IMG/VR virus record: IMGVR_UViG_3300020045_002563
Span: 1 to 38,953 of that record
Direction: 5' to 3' (one strand)
DNA length: 38,953 nt
Source: a virus
Taxonomy: Duplodnaviria; Caudoviricetes
Within the stretch, counting starts at the first letter, position 1; every line of letters begins with the position of its first letter. Below are positions 8,057-16,823 of this stretch, piece after piece. The translations under genes and the position numbers were made by a program. The notes below the pieces were generated by a model. That model was not told where the DNA came from. It ran no database searches and worked only from the letters and a program-made list of their open reading frames with translations.

Positions 8057-10753
8057 ATGTTACTAATTCAACAACCTTCGATGCAGTGGGTTAACCCTAG
8101 CAAAAACGTGCCGGTTTTTGGCGGCAGCATGTATTTTGGGTTGCCAAATACTGACCCGAAAATTCTGGCAAACCGGATTGAGGTTTATTACTTCGACCAA
8201 CTTGGCAATCAGCAGGTACTGCCGCAGCCGGTAAAACTCTCTGACTCTGGTGTGCCGACTTATCTTGGTGCGCCGGTTGAGGTTTATTCCAACTCTACTT
8301 GCTCTATTCGGGTGGATGATCGGCAAGGATTTGAGCTGTATTTGATTGAAGAGTATGCGCTACGCAGCTCTGAGGTTGTTGGCGTTGACAGCCTAAAAAG
8401 TTTACCTACTGCTGACTTTGCTGCCGGGCAGTATAGCGTTACAGGTTTTTACGCTGGCTCAACCATTGGTGGCGGGGTGTTTATTTGGGATGCGTCACGC
8501 AGCAAGGCAGATCACAATGGCGGCACTGTGATTACTCCTGAGGCGTTGACTGCGTGGGACGGTACGCAGGCTGATTTAGCTACCATGCTTGATTGGGTTG
8601 GTGCCGGCAGTGGGTGTTATGTCAAGCAAGGCGTAGAATTAATTGATTTCTACACGTTCGGGGCTGTTGATAATGCGGTAATTGACATATCGATAGAGGC
8701 TGCACTTGCTGAAATGTCTCGCACAGCTTTACCGATAATCCAGTATTCTGGATATTTCAAAGCGTCTCGCACAATATCGCATGTCGGCGCAGTAGATTTT
8801 GACACTATCGGTGCAACCATTGAATTTTTAGATGGTCGGATAGAGTTTCACAACGCTGAAAACGAGCATCAGGAAATTGTGTCGTACACCAACACTTTTT
8901 TGTCATTTGTTGACCGGCCAGACATCGAAGTTGCAGGTGTCCGTGGATGCAAAATATATCTGACAGACGGCGATCATGGATTTGAAGTAAACGACGTGAT
9001 AAAAGTCATGTCGCCAGATGTGTACCCTTGGATCCGCTCTACGTTTGTTGCTAAAAAAGGCGAATTCGGCTGTGTAATTAACGTAGTTGACAACGAGGTG
9101 TGGATTGACAAGCAACTGGAAACTGGTTACACAACCATTACAAAACTTAACCAAGTAAAATGCAAAATACATGGTCAGTTTATTAACAAGCAGGAAGACA
9201 CCAAGCTTTCGATCGACATGTGCAACATCCGGTCCTATGTAAATGTTGACATCAAACTTCTGTCGCTAGAGTCGTTTTACACCCTATGCTATATAGGCGG
9301 CTGTTTTGGTGGCACTGTCAATATCACGGCTGCAAATTTCAGAAACTTCGATCCAGACAGCGCAAGGTTTGGCTATGGAGTGGTTGACCAAAACTGTGAG
9401 GGCATTCAGTTTAATATCTACTGCAAACAAATCAGACATGGTTACACAACAACCCATGGCGGCACATCTACTGGTCAGCATGCTTATGGGCAGCCGAGAT
9501 ATTCGACGATCACAGGTCAGGGCATTAGCTGCATTACGCCGTTTGATACCCACGTGTCAGGCGATAGTTTAACGTTTTTAAACTGCTATTCTTTGTATAG
9601 CATTGGCTCGGGGTTCAGCAATCGATCCGCTAAAACAGCGTACATAAACTGCCATACTGTTGGCAATGGTGATACTGGTTTTTTCATTTTTAACGCAGAG
9701 CCTATTGGAGTGGTGGAGGGTAGGCTCGGCCTTATTACGTTTCAAGGCTGCTCTGCTAAATTACATCGCAGAGCAATCAGGGCTGACTATACAAACGCTG
9801 AGGATGAAAAGTACAACGCAGCATTCAGATACAACATAGCTGTAAACAACTGCAATTTTGATTTAAATGTGTTTTCTGATGCATTTTTGCTCAGGAATAC
9901 CACTGCAAACATTAGCATAACTAGTGTGACTAATATGGATCCTGCAAGTTCCGTCATGCCTGAAACAGCAACTGAAGAAAACCCAGTAAATCTGCGAGCA
10001 TTTTTTGACCTGAAAAACTGCGATGTTAATCTGAATAATGTGTCACTAACAGTTGATACTGCAACCAATATCGTACCGTTTAAGGTTGAAACGGACAGGA
10101 CTTTAGACGCCACCGCTGACACCATCGTTCAAGCAGATGATTTAGAGTTAAATAGCGAAGCGTTTAATTCTTTTGCCAGCTTAGTGTATTCTGGCTTAAT
10201 GCAGGGGCAGTTCGGAACTTACGATTATGTGACAGGGCTTGATTACACGTTTTTAAATATTGACAATCTGAAATTAAAAACAAAAATAATTTCAACAATT
10301 ATGCAAAATGATGTAGCTGCACATTACACTTCATCAAGTGCAGACAGGGTTGCAGGTTGCGTGATAACGGCTAAAAACGTGATCCGTAACTCTCCAAGAC
10401 TTAACGGATCAGGAAGCTTTGAGGGGTTGAGCTTCCAAAACCCAGCAGACAACCTGACGCCAAATTATGCGCTAAACTTAAACAACGTTTACCTTCAGCA
10501 TTTGTTTGTTAGATTAATACCGACCAACTACGGCGGCGCAGGTACTGCAACAATTACTGTAAACAGTATAACTAACAGCGCTGGAAGAATGGCGCAAGGC
10601 ATGATTTTAGAGTTTGTGAACGCAGCAAGTGCTGGAACAACCGGGTTGATTGTGATTAGTGCGCCTGAGGTATCGGCATCGTCTGGAAGTATTCCAGCAG
10701 GTGAGAGCTATAAAATGTTTTTTGACGGCGCTTTGTGGCGACCATTCGTTTAA
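8057..10753 (+). CDS. Tailspike 2: P22-type head-binding domain plus long beta-helix receptor-binding region
   Basis: N-terminal MYFGLPNTDP..ANRIEVY..QVLPQPVKLSDSGVP.YLG, then GFYAGSTIGGGVF.WD..SKADHNGGTVI; repeated beta-helix-type motifs (FDTH, TFLNC, AYINC). Confidence 0.85.
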   Translation: MLLIQQPSMQWVNPSKNVPVFGGSMYFGLPNTDPKILANRIEVYYFDQLGNQQVLPQPVKLSDSGVPTYLGAPVEVYSNSTCSIRVDDRQGFELYLIEEYALRSSEVVGVDSLKSLPTADFAAGQYSVTGFYAGSTIGGGVFIWDASRSKADHNGGTVITPEALTAWDGTQADLATMLDWVGAGSGCYVKQGVELIDFYTFGAVDNAVIDISIEAALAEMSRTALPIIQYSGYFKASRTISHVGAVDFDTIGATIEFLDGRIEFHNAENEHQEIVSYTNTFLSFVDRPDIEVAGVRGCKIYLTDGDHGFEVNDVIKVMSPDVYPWIRSTFVAKKGEFGCVINVVDNEVWIDKQLETGYTTITKLNQVKCKIHGQFINKQEDTKLSIDMCNIRSYVNVDIKLLSLESFYTLCYIGGCFGGTVNITAANFRNFDPDSARFGYGVVDQNCEGIQFNIYCKQIRHGYTTTHGGTSTGQHAYGQPRYSTITGQGISCITPFDTHVSGDSLTFLNCYSLYSIGSGFSNRSAKTAYINCHTVGNGDTGFFIFNAEPIGVVEGRLGLITFQGCSAKLHRRAIRADYTNAEDEKYNAAFRYNIAVNNCNFDLNVFSDAFLLRNTTANISITSVTNMDPASSVMPETATEENPVNLRAFFDLKNCDVNLNNVSLTVDTATNIVPFKVETDRTLDATADTIVQADDLELNSEAFNSFASLVYSGLMQGQFGTYDYVTGLDYTFLNIDNLKLKTKIISTIMQNDVAAHYTSSSADRVAGCVITAKNVIRNSPRLNGSGSFEGLSFQNPADNLTPNYALNLNNVYLQHLFVRLIPTNYGGAGTATITVNSITNSAGRMAQGMILEFVNAASAGTTGLIVISAPEVSASSGSIPAGESYKMFFDGALWRPFV

Positions 10754-10766
10754 TAAGGGCACAATC

Positions 10767-10874
10767 ATGTGGCAAGCAAACAACCAAGCAAAAGACTACG
10801 CAATTTTTATTTTAAAAGTGTTAGCGCTTGTCGCGCTTTCGGTGGCTGTAAACTTTATGGTGCTGAGCCGATGA
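10767..10874 (+). CDS. 35-aa single-TM peptide heading the lysis cassette (MWQANNQAKDYAIFILKVLALVALSVAVNFMVLSR)
   Basis: AAGGG RBS upstream of ATG 10767; its stop overlaps the endolysin ATG (ATGA at 10871). Confidence 0.55.
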   Translation: MWQANNQAKDYAIFILKVLALVALSVAVNFMVLSR

Positions 10875-11314
10875 AATTCTCACAAGCAAAAGCCTTCGTA
10901 GCAGAAACAATGCTCGACCAAGGCGTCCACTCTGACGCAGCACTAAACATGCTGCTGATGATTGCTGCGCATGAGTCGCTGGGGTTTAAATTCCGGCGGC
11001 AGATTGGCGGAGGGCCTGCGCTTGGCGTGTTTCAGATGGAGCCGCCAACGCACGATGACGTCTGGCGGCGCAGTCGGTCAATCCAGAGAAATGCTAAGCG
11101 GTGCGGCTATACTCAGTATTCAAGGCGGCTTGAAACGGACGACCGCTATGCTGTGTTTATGGCGCGGCATAAGCTAATGCTGGACCCTAATCCACTGCCG
11201 ACTGAGCTGCAATCCATGGCTGAGTGGTGCAAGAAACACTGGAACGGGCCCGGCAAAGCGACGCCTGAAGAATACTTGCGTGATTATCAGCTTTGGCAGG
11301 ATGGTGGATTATGA
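10871..11314 (+). CDS. Endolysin, lysozyme-like/SLT superfamily
   Basis: AAHES (catalytic Glu) and GGGPALGVFQMEPPTH motifs; adjacent to a holin. Start moved from 10769 to the ATGA-coupled ATG at 10871. Confidence 0.75.
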   Translation: MKFSQAKAFVAETMLDQGVHSDAALNMLLMIAAHESLGFKFRRQIGGGPALGVFQMEPPTHDDVWRRSRSIQRNAKRCGYTQYSRRLETDDRYAVFMARHKLMLDPNPLPTELQSMAEWCKKHWNGPGKATPEEYLRDYQLWQDGGL

Positions 11315-11754
11315 GCTTTGACCCGCTAACGGCGCTGCTTGACATTGGCAAAACCGCCATAGAAAAAATATGGCCAGACCCGACGAAGCGCGCTGAAGAA
11401 CTGAGAAAGCTGGAAGAATTGCGGCAGGCTGGCGACATTGCCAAGCTGAATGCCGAAGTTTCTTTGATGCTCGGGCAGATTGAGATCAACAAGGTCGAAG
11501 CTTCGCACCCGTCCATATTCGTTGCTGGAGCGCGCCCAGCTGTGATGTGGATTGGCGCATTTGGCTTGGCTTACGCTTCAATCATTGATCCGCTGATGAG
11601 GTTTGTTGCCGCTGTGATATTCCACTATAACGGCAACTTCCCTGAGGTAAATACAGAAATCACGATGCAAGTTCTGTTTGGCGTGTTGGGCCTTGGCGCG
11701 TACAGGACATACGAAAAAACCAAGGAAGTTCAAACCGACAGAACGTCGCGCTGA
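11311..11754 (+). CDS. Holin (3TM gene-transfer-agent holin family-like)
   Basis: IEKIWPDP..EINKVEASHPSIFVAGARPAVMWIG..GVLGLGAYRTYEK is the characteristic GTA 3TM holin pattern. Confidence 0.82.
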   Translation: MSFDPLTALLDIGKTAIEKIWPDPTKRAEELRKLEELRQAGDIAKLNAEVSLMLGQIEINKVEASHPSIFVAGARPAVMWIGAFGLAYASIIDPLMRFVAAVIFHYNGNFPEVNTEITMQVLFGVLGLGAYRTYEKTKEVQTDRTSR

Positions 11755-12158
11755 TACTTATAATAAGTCGCCAAACTCAAGCCTGTCATCGCACAGGCTT
11801 CTGTTTTCAACATCCCTGCAGCCACTAGCCGCCGAGTTTCAGCGAGTCTCGCTTGTGCAGCAGCTTGCGTTTTACTAACCGGCGCAGCCATTGACAGCTC
11901 CTTACGAATAGCAAAAACCATTTGTTTTGTGCATCCTGTTTTATCGCAAATCATCGCCGTTGAGTAGCTGCCGGCTGTTAGTAGTTCCCGCACCTGTGAA
12001 AGCTGCCGGTTTCTGACTGCTGCACGCGACCTAACTTCAACACCCGCTGCTGTGCATATTGCCAACACTTGCAATGCTGTGAGGTTAAATTTGTAGCCAA
12101 TCTGGCTTGCCCACAAGCCTTCCTTGGCTAAGGCTGTGATTAGGTCGTTGTCTTGCAT
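11730..12158 (-). CDS. Protein with three tandem HTH-like motifs
   Basis: ASQIGYKFNLTALQV, TAMICDKTGCTKQMV and KTEACAMTGLSLATYY each fit an HTH pattern; likely start MQDND at 12158. Confidence 0.6.
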   Translation of the reverse strand: MQDNDLITALAKEGLWASQIGYKFNLTALQVLAICTAAGVEVRSRAAVRNRQLSQVRELLTAGSYSTAMICDKTGCTKQMVFAIRKELSMAAPVSKTQAAAQARLAETRRLVAAGMLKTEACAMTGLSLATYYKYQRDVLSV

Positions 12159-12451
12159 GCGCGTTTGCAGTCCATAATGACGTTTCTGACATAGCCGTAA
12201 CTGCACCCAGCCCTGACCGCAATGGCGTGGTAATCGTCAACGCCTTTTTCAATCAGCTGGATAATTTTCAGCTGCATTGTGTTGCGCGGTTTCTCGCCTT
12301 TCAGGTTTGCGTACATGCGCTTTAACCGGCTGTAATGACTGCGCACATTCGCCAGCTCTCGGTTTGTTTTATCAAGTTTTTCCTGCAAAGCATTCGCACG
12401 ATGATATGCGTCGATCATTTCTGCGTAGGTTGGCATCTCTATAGCAGCCAT
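12140..12451 (-). CDS. Coiled-coil plus C-terminal HTH protein
   Basis: LQEKLDKTNRELANVR coiled coil and YHAIAVRAGCSYGYVRNV HTH; GGAG precedes ATG 12451. Confidence 0.55.
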   Translation of the reverse strand: MAAIEMPTYAEMIDAYHRANALQEKLDKTNRELANVRSHYSRLKRMYANLKGEKPRNTMQLKIIQLIEKGVDDYHAIAVRAGCSYGYVRNVIMDCKRACKTTT

Positions 12452-12567
12452 ATCAGGACTCCAATCAATCCGCAGCACGTTGCTATCCATGCTGCTTGTG
12501 TGAGTTTATAGCGCCGGTATGCTCGGCGCTGTTGTTGTTTTGTTTGCCAGTAGGTAGGACGGATCAT
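12439..12567 (-). CDS. 42-aa peptide with basic N-terminus and C-terminal TM segment
   Basis: MIRPTYWQTKQQQRRAYRRYKLTQAAWIATCCGLIGVLIWLL; ATGA-coupled to the upstream stop. Confidence 0.45.
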   Translation of the reverse strand: MIRPTYWQTKQQQRRAYRRYKLTQAAWIATCCGLIGVLIWLL

Positions 12568-12965
12568 TCTTTATCCTGCAGCACTAAAATCAGACAGCAG
12601 GCTATGGCACGCTGTGGGTTGTCGTGTGAAAACTCGTAGTGAGCACCAATAATTTCTCCATAGTTCCGCATGGTTTCACTGTACGCTATAAATCTGTGCT
12701 CACAATCAATCACGGCCCCGTTATCTAGAAACACCCAGTGCTCAACAGCCAGCGGCATGATGTCGTCCCAGTTGCGGCAGTAGTCAATCCCAAATTCTAC
12801 AAAATTTCCGTGTTTGAATTGCCTTTTCTCGACATGAACGGCGCTATCTGATTGGCTTGGATATTCTCCGGTTCCGATAATTTTAGTATAAGGCTGCAGG
12901 CTTGCAATGGCTTTGTTAACATCAAAATCACTCATCAAATCCAGCTGTTCGCGCGTATATTTCAT
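12564..12965 (-). CDS. NinX/DUF2591-like phage protein
   Basis: MSDFDVNKAIA, DYCRNWDDIMPL and DNPQRAIACCLI motifs. Confidence 0.65.
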   Translation of the reverse strand: MKYTREQLDLMSDFDVNKAIASLQPYTKIIGTGEYPSQSDSAVHVEKRQFKHGNFVEFGIDYCRNWDDIMPLAVEHWVFLDNGAVIDCEHRFIAYSETMRNYGEIIGAHYEFSHDNPQRAIACCLILVLQDKE

Positions 12966-13162
12966 GCTAAAACATCCTCCAAAACTTTAACCAACTCCGC
13001 ATGCTTGCGGTGAATAAAATCCTGATTAGGCAGCGCATAGCCATTGTTGTAGCTGCGCGCGACCACCTCTTGCTGTGTCTCACGGATTCGTATTAACACC
13101 CGGCTTGGGCGGCGCTTGATTGCGTATACGGCTTGTGGGTTAATCACAATACACGCTCCCAA
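12962..13162 (-). CDS. Hypothetical protein
   Basis: 66 aa, overlapping both neighbours in the leftward operon. Confidence 0.45.
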   Translation of the reverse strand: MGACIVINPQAVYAIKRRPSRVLIRIRETQQEVVARSYNNGYALPNQDFIHRKHAELVKVLEDVLA

Positions 13163-13611
13163 ATCACTTTTTCAACAAGCTCAACTCGTCTTTCATAATG
13201 AGCGCCGCATCTGGAGCATTTCTTTAATTCCAATTCCACTTTCACATCAAAATCGTGGGCAGCCTCTTTGTGTATGGCGCATAGTCCAATCGCCTTATAA
13301 TCTTCAATAAACTTCTCAGTAATATCTTCCCACTCTGCAATGTGGAAGTTTTCGCCGTGGAATGCAAAGCAAACTCTATCGCCTCGCTCCCTGCACACTG
13401 AATGAATCCTGTTACCAAGAAAGCTATTTCCAACCAACCTCCCGATCATCATTACTTTGTTTTCTTGATCATGACCGTTAAAGCTATTCCAAGTCGCCAA
13501 AATAACTCGATTTTCTCGCGGATGCTTTTTCAGCCACGCACACAACCCTTTGCTGTAAAAGTTGCCGCCTTTCAGTTTGTGATCAAACTCTTTAACCGTT
13601 AATCCGCTCAC
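13144..13611 (-). CDS. Hypothetical protein with C-terminal Cys/His motif (CAIH..H..CSRCG)
   Basis: 155 aa, coupled to the upstream ORF; possible Zn ribbon. Confidence 0.55.
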   Translation of the reverse strand: MSGLTVKEFDHKLKGGNFYSKGLCAWLKKHPRENRVILATWNSFNGHDQENKVMMIGRLVGNSFLGNRIHSVCRERGDRVCFAFHGENFHIAEWEDITEKFIEDYKAIGLCAIHKEAAHDFDVKVELELKKCSRCGAHYERRVELVEKVIWERVL

Positions 13612-13823
13612 AATACGCGCTCCCGAGCTGCAGCTAGTCGTAACACCTCAGCCATTGCTGGCAGTGACTGCATTTGTGCCAGCTCGGCGTTGTCGCCATA
13701 TGATAGCGATTGGTCGTACACAAAGCGCGATTGGCTCAGGCACCACTCGACGGCGCCGTATAACTCAAGGCGCGTTGATGAGCGCATGACGCTTGCTTTT
13801 GCTTCTGTTAGCCATTTAGCCAT
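13608..13823 (-). CDS. Hypothetical protein
   Basis: 71 aa, tightly coupled within the operon. Confidence 0.5.
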   Translation of the reverse strand: MAKWLTEAKASVMRSSTRLELYGAVEWCLSQSRFVYDQSLSYGDNAELAQMQSLPAMAEVLRLAAARERVL

Positions 13824-14208
13824 GGTTTAATAACTCCGGGTTTTGGTAGATGTTACCGATAATTTCCAATGCGTCATCTGTGTTTCTGTAAGCAAAATTG
13901 CCAAATCTAAACTTGTTATTTTTCTCAAGGTTAAAAGTGGCAAAAGTTAAATCTGGAGAAAATTCAACGACAGCCTTGCGAGGATTGTATTCTTCATATC
14001 CAGCAATATGACCCCATCTGACAATGTCGCCTTCGTAAATTTCCTCACCGGTTACATCGTGAAGGCCGGTGAATTGGCAGTGTATTGGGTTGGTTTGCTG
14101 ATTTGTTACTGGGCCGGTAAATAACAACCTTTTAATATCACTGCTTGGCAAAAACCCCCAGTAATGCCAGCGATCACCAACAAGCTGCCTGTACTTGATT
14201 GCGCTCAT
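13816..14208 (-). CDS. YopX family protein
   Basis: CQFTGLHDVTGEEIYEGDIV and LEIIGNIYQNPELL are the YopX signature motifs. Confidence 0.88.
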   Translation of the reverse strand: MSAIKYRQLVGDRWHYWGFLPSSDIKRLLFTGPVTNQQTNPIHCQFTGLHDVTGEEIYEGDIVRWGHIAGYEEYNPRKAVVEFSPDLTFATFNLEKNNKFRFGNFAYRNTDDALEIIGNIYQNPELLNHG

Positions 14209-14378
14209 TCAATCGCCTCCACTTGCTGAGCCGCATCAACCGGCGCCGGATAATCGTTGGCTGTTACTGCTGCCATCATTAGGTAAACAAAAGTGAACAG
14301 GCTTGCAAGACCAAAAAGCGACCAAGCGATGCCGATGAAAAAACGGCAGCATGGAGGACGGCGGCGGCGATTAATCAT
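14205..14378 (-). CDS. 57-aa membrane peptide
   Basis: MINRRRRPPCCRFFIGIAWSLFGLASLFTFVYLMMAAV...; overlaps both neighbours, with GGAG upstream. Confidence 0.45.
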   Translation of the reverse strand: MINRRRRPPCCRFFIGIAWSLFGLASLFTFVYLMMAAVTANDYPAPVDAAQQVEAIE

Positions 14379-14727
14379 TGATCATCTCCTCGAGTTTGTT
14401 GATTGTGGTTTGCAGTTCGCCAGCATTAAGCGGCGCGTGGTCTGCGATGTTGGTGCGATACTCTATTTCTGAGTCGTAGTAGTACACGCTGTAAAAGCTG
14501 CCTTCTGCCACGTCTGCGATGTACGTGTCGAGCTTCACAGATAAACCAAGCTTAATAGACAACTCATAACAAAGCCGCTGCACGTCCGCCAGCAGGTCTG
14601 CAACTTGTGGGCAGCCTCCTAGCTCGATTAATGCCGCCAAGCGCTCACGGCGCTGCAGGGGCCACTTTTTGACGGTGGTGTACGGGCGGTTGCATGCCGC
14701 TGCTATTTGTTTTGTGGTTGGTTTCAT
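14371..14727 (-). CDS. Hypothetical protein with N-terminal HTH-like segment
   Basis: MKPTTKQIAAACNRPYTTVKKW; GAGG RBS upstream of ATG 14727. Confidence 0.55.
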   Translation of the reverse strand: MKPTTKQIAAACNRPYTTVKKWPLQRRERLAALIELGGCPQVADLLADVQRLCYELSIKLGLSVKLDTYIADVAEGSFYSVYYYDSEIEYRTNIADHAPLNAGELQTTINKLEEMIND

Positions 14728-14729
14728 TT

Positions 14730-15278
14730 TTATTCCTCTGCGTGCGCATCGCACAATGCGATAACTGCCGATTTGTATTTAGACCAAAACTCTAACGCTG
14801 AATCGGACATTGATTTTATTTTTTTATCGTCAAACAATTTCCATTCTGAAATTAAGTGCACTTGGCAGCCAATTCGCAGATGTCGAGTTGTTATAGTTAC
14901 GTCCCACTCAAGATTTAAAACAAATAAAGGCGTCTTTGTAAGTTTTTCGCCGTACAGGTTAGCGCCGCTCAGGTTGGCGCCGTACAGGTCAGCGCCGCTC
15001 AGGTCAGCGCCGCTCAGGTCAGCGCCGCTCAGGTTGGCGCCGCTCAGGTTGGCGCCGTACAGGTTAGCGCCGTACAGGTCAGCGCCGCTCAGGTTAGCAC
15101 CGTACAGGTTGGCGCCGTACAGGTCAGCGCCGCTCAGGTCAGCGCCGCTCAGGTTGGCGCCGTACAGGTCAGCGTCGGAGCTGATTGCTAATTTTAAGGT
15201 GATTAAAATTGAGTTATTTTCTTGCTCATGACTAAAAATGACTGAGCCTGTAAATCTGTTTTTTATTTCAATTTTCAT
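14730..15278 (-). CDS. Pentapeptide-repeat protein
   Basis: 15 A(D/N)L(S/Y)G repeats, with the usual IKNRFTG N-terminus and IGCQ.H C-terminal motif; AGGAG RBS. Confidence 0.92.
   Translation of the reverse strand: MKIEIKNRFTGSVIFSHEQENNSILITLKLAISSDADLYGANLSGADLSGADLYGANLYGANLSGADLYGANLYGANLSGANLSGADLSGADLSGADLYGANLSGANLYGEKLTKTPLFVLNLEWDVTITTRHLRIGCQVHLISEWKLFDDKKIKSMSDSALEFWSKYKSAVIALCDAHAEE
14949..15173 (-). repeat. 15 tandem 15-bp coding repeats
   Basis: Near-identical units such as CCG(TA/CT)CAGGT(C/T)(A/G)GCG read on the + strand, encoding the pentapeptides. Confidence 0.95.
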
Positions 15279-15329
15279 TTTGTTCTCCTGGTTGTTGCCG
15301 GTTGGCGACCGGCGACGCGTTGTTTGCTA

Positions 15330-15515
15330 TTATGCTTTGCAATCCAACATTGGCTCTGGAGCGCCGTATGTTGCCTGAAATACAGTTGGCGTTAGCGCAG
15401 CTACTTCAGCCTCTATTTTCTCGATTGCAGCGTTTAACTCTATAATTCTAGATTTAGATGGCTTTTTGCCGGTCATTTCAGCAACAAGTGCTTTTCTTAA
15501 TTCTGCGTTTGTCAT
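15330..15515 (-). CDS. Hypothetical protein
   Basis: 61 aa, first ORF downstream of the leftward promoter at 15560-15588. Confidence 0.55.
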   Translation of the reverse strand: MTNAELRKALVAEMTGKKPSKSRIIELNAAIEKIEAEVAALTPTVFQATYGAPEPMLDCKA

Positions 15516-15559
15516 CTTTTGTGCTCACTTAGCGGCACCATGCCGCTGTTCATGAGTTA

Positions 15560-15614
15560 AAGATAGCGCACTGACCGCTAACGGTCAAGCTATTATTTGC
15601 TGGTCAGAGGAGTT
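15560..15614 (-). promoter_or_regulatory. Leftward sigma70 promoter with upstream FadR-box-like site
   Basis: Minus strand TTGACC (15588-15583), 17 bp, TATCTT (15565-15560); 17-mer TGCTGGTCAGAGGAGTT at 15598-15614. Confidence 0.7.
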
Positions 15615-15641
15615 TAAGAAAAGGCGCGGTTAAGCGCAATT

Positions 15642-15851
15642 TTAATCTCTTGATTTGTGAGTCCACCTGCTTAGCGTATTTATGCCAAGCTTTAGCTTTC
15701 TGCATCCAAACGGAGCTTTAAGGGCAAGAGCCAGCTTCTCAAGCGCCAAACCTATTGCGTACGGCAAACCAAGAACGACTAGCCAGAAAATCAAGTATGG
15801 CAATATCAGCCACCAGCGCCAATTATTAATTGTTTGTTTTTTGATTTTCAT
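15642..15851 (-). CDS. Small membrane protein
   Basis: Hydrophobic segment WWLILPYLIFWLVVLGLPYAIGLAL. Confidence 0.5.
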   Translation of the reverse strand: MKIKKQTINNWRWWLILPYLIFWLVVLGLPYAIGLALEKLALALKAPFGCRKLKLGINTLSRWTHKSRD

Positions 15852-16434
15852 CGACCAGTTCCTTTGTCAATTCTTCAGCCCACAAGCTCATGTAACTAAC
15901 ACCATCAAGCAAGCTGTCATGATGCAGCCTATCCGGGCTGCTGTACTGCCGGACTAGCTTGACCATTGTCAGTAGTAAACAAACATCACTGCCGGTTAAG
16001 TCTTTTCCGGTAGCGGCATTAAACGCATCAGCAGCCGCTTTAAAGCTGCGCTCACCTGCCCCGCTGGCGTCGTACTGCTTGCCGCGCTCAGATTGCACAG
16101 CGGCGCAGGCATTGAGAAATTCGATGGCTGTTTTTGGTTCTGTTGGCTCAAGTGCTGGATAGTGACCTAAGTCATCATCCGTCCTGTTTCTGCCAATATT
16201 GTTGATCCGCTCGTCGGTTTCTGGCCATTCTGTTGAAGTCAACGAAATGGTTGGGCGCAAAGATTCTATTGTTATTTCATCTTCTCTGAATGCAACACCC
16301 TTGCCGAACGCAAAGCGTTCACCACTGACAGCGTATTGATAGCCATTATTAAAAACAAACACAGGTTTACCAGCAGCGCCAACATATCCAAAAGCTACCG
16401 CATCTTTTGGCGCATCATTCCAATCTATTGCCAT
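15826..16434 (-). CDS. DUF6378-like (MazG/dUTPase-like all-alpha) domain protein with an N-terminal phage domain
   Basis: ERGKQYD..ERSF..AADAFNA..G..LT..DVCLLLTMVKLVRQ..HHDSLLDGVSY fits DUF6378. Confidence 0.7.
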   Translation of the reverse strand: MAIDWNDAPKDAVAFGYVGAAGKPVFVFNNGYQYAVSGERFAFGKGVAFREDEITIESLRPTISLTSTEWPETDERINNIGRNRTDDDLGHYPALEPTEPKTAIEFLNACAAVQSERGKQYDASGAGERSFKAAADAFNAATGKDLTGSDVCLLLTMVKLVRQYSSPDRLHHDSLLDGVSYMSLWAEELTKELVDENQKTNN

Positions 16435-16586
16435 GATTTCAACCCCATTTTGATTCGCTTCAAATTCATCTTACACGCCATCTTAATGGCATCCTCTACA
16501 TCTTTCTCGTTCGGCTCGTCACGATTGCGCTCAAGGCATAGCTGCTGCGCTGTGATTAGCTCGAATTCGGTTGGTGGTAGGTTCAT
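16425..16586 (-). CDS. Hypothetical 53-aa protein
   Basis: MNLPPTEFELITAQQLCLERNRDEPNEKDVEDAIKMAC...; ATGA-coupled to the upstream ORF. Confidence 0.45.
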   Translation of the reverse strand: MNLPPTEFELITAQQLCLERNRDEPNEKDVEDAIKMACKMNLKRIKMGLKSWQ

Positions 16587-16807
16587 GGCGCTTTCTCATT
16601 AATGAATTCACACATGGCATTGAATGAGGTTTTATTGCCATCGGGATCAATACCTACATTCCTGCAAAACATTCTTGCTGTGCCACTTCCGCAACCAAAT
16701 AACTCGCTGTATAGCTGCGCGTTTAGCATTGCTTTTTTGCGCTTAATCAAGCGCCTTGCATTTGCCATGATTAGCGCTTTTTCTTTTAATTCCACATTAA
16801 ACTCCAA
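16583..16807 (-). CDS. Hypothetical protein
   Basis: Basic ORF of up to 74 aa downstream of the ssb hairpin; true start uncertain. Confidence 0.45.
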   Translation of the reverse strand: MEFNVELKEKALIMANARRLIKRKKAMLNAQLYSELFGCGSGTARMFCRNVGIDPDGNKTSFNAMCEFINEKAP

Positions 16808-16823
16808 AGCGCCCGAAGGCGCT
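16806..16823 (-). terminator. Hairpin / weak intrinsic terminator downstream of ssb
   Basis: AGCGCC-TTCG-GGCGCT followed by a short T tail on the minus strand. Confidence 0.45.

Noticed and set aside
8830-8846. AGATGGTCGGATAGAGT as an additional FadR-like box
   Set aside because: It is deep inside tailspike 2 with no promoter context and a poor second half-site. It illustrates the chance background of the core.
6240-10753. Diversity-generating retroelement or invertase-based tail switching
   Set aside because: No reverse transcriptase, template/variable repeat pair, invertase or flanking inverted sites were seen.
14949-15173. Regular repeats as a CRISPR array
   Set aside because: The 15-bp units are contiguous with no unique spacers and encode in-frame pentapeptides; no cas genes are seen.
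14707-15231. + strand 174-aa repetitive ORF
   Set aside because: It is the antisense shadow of the pentapeptide gene.
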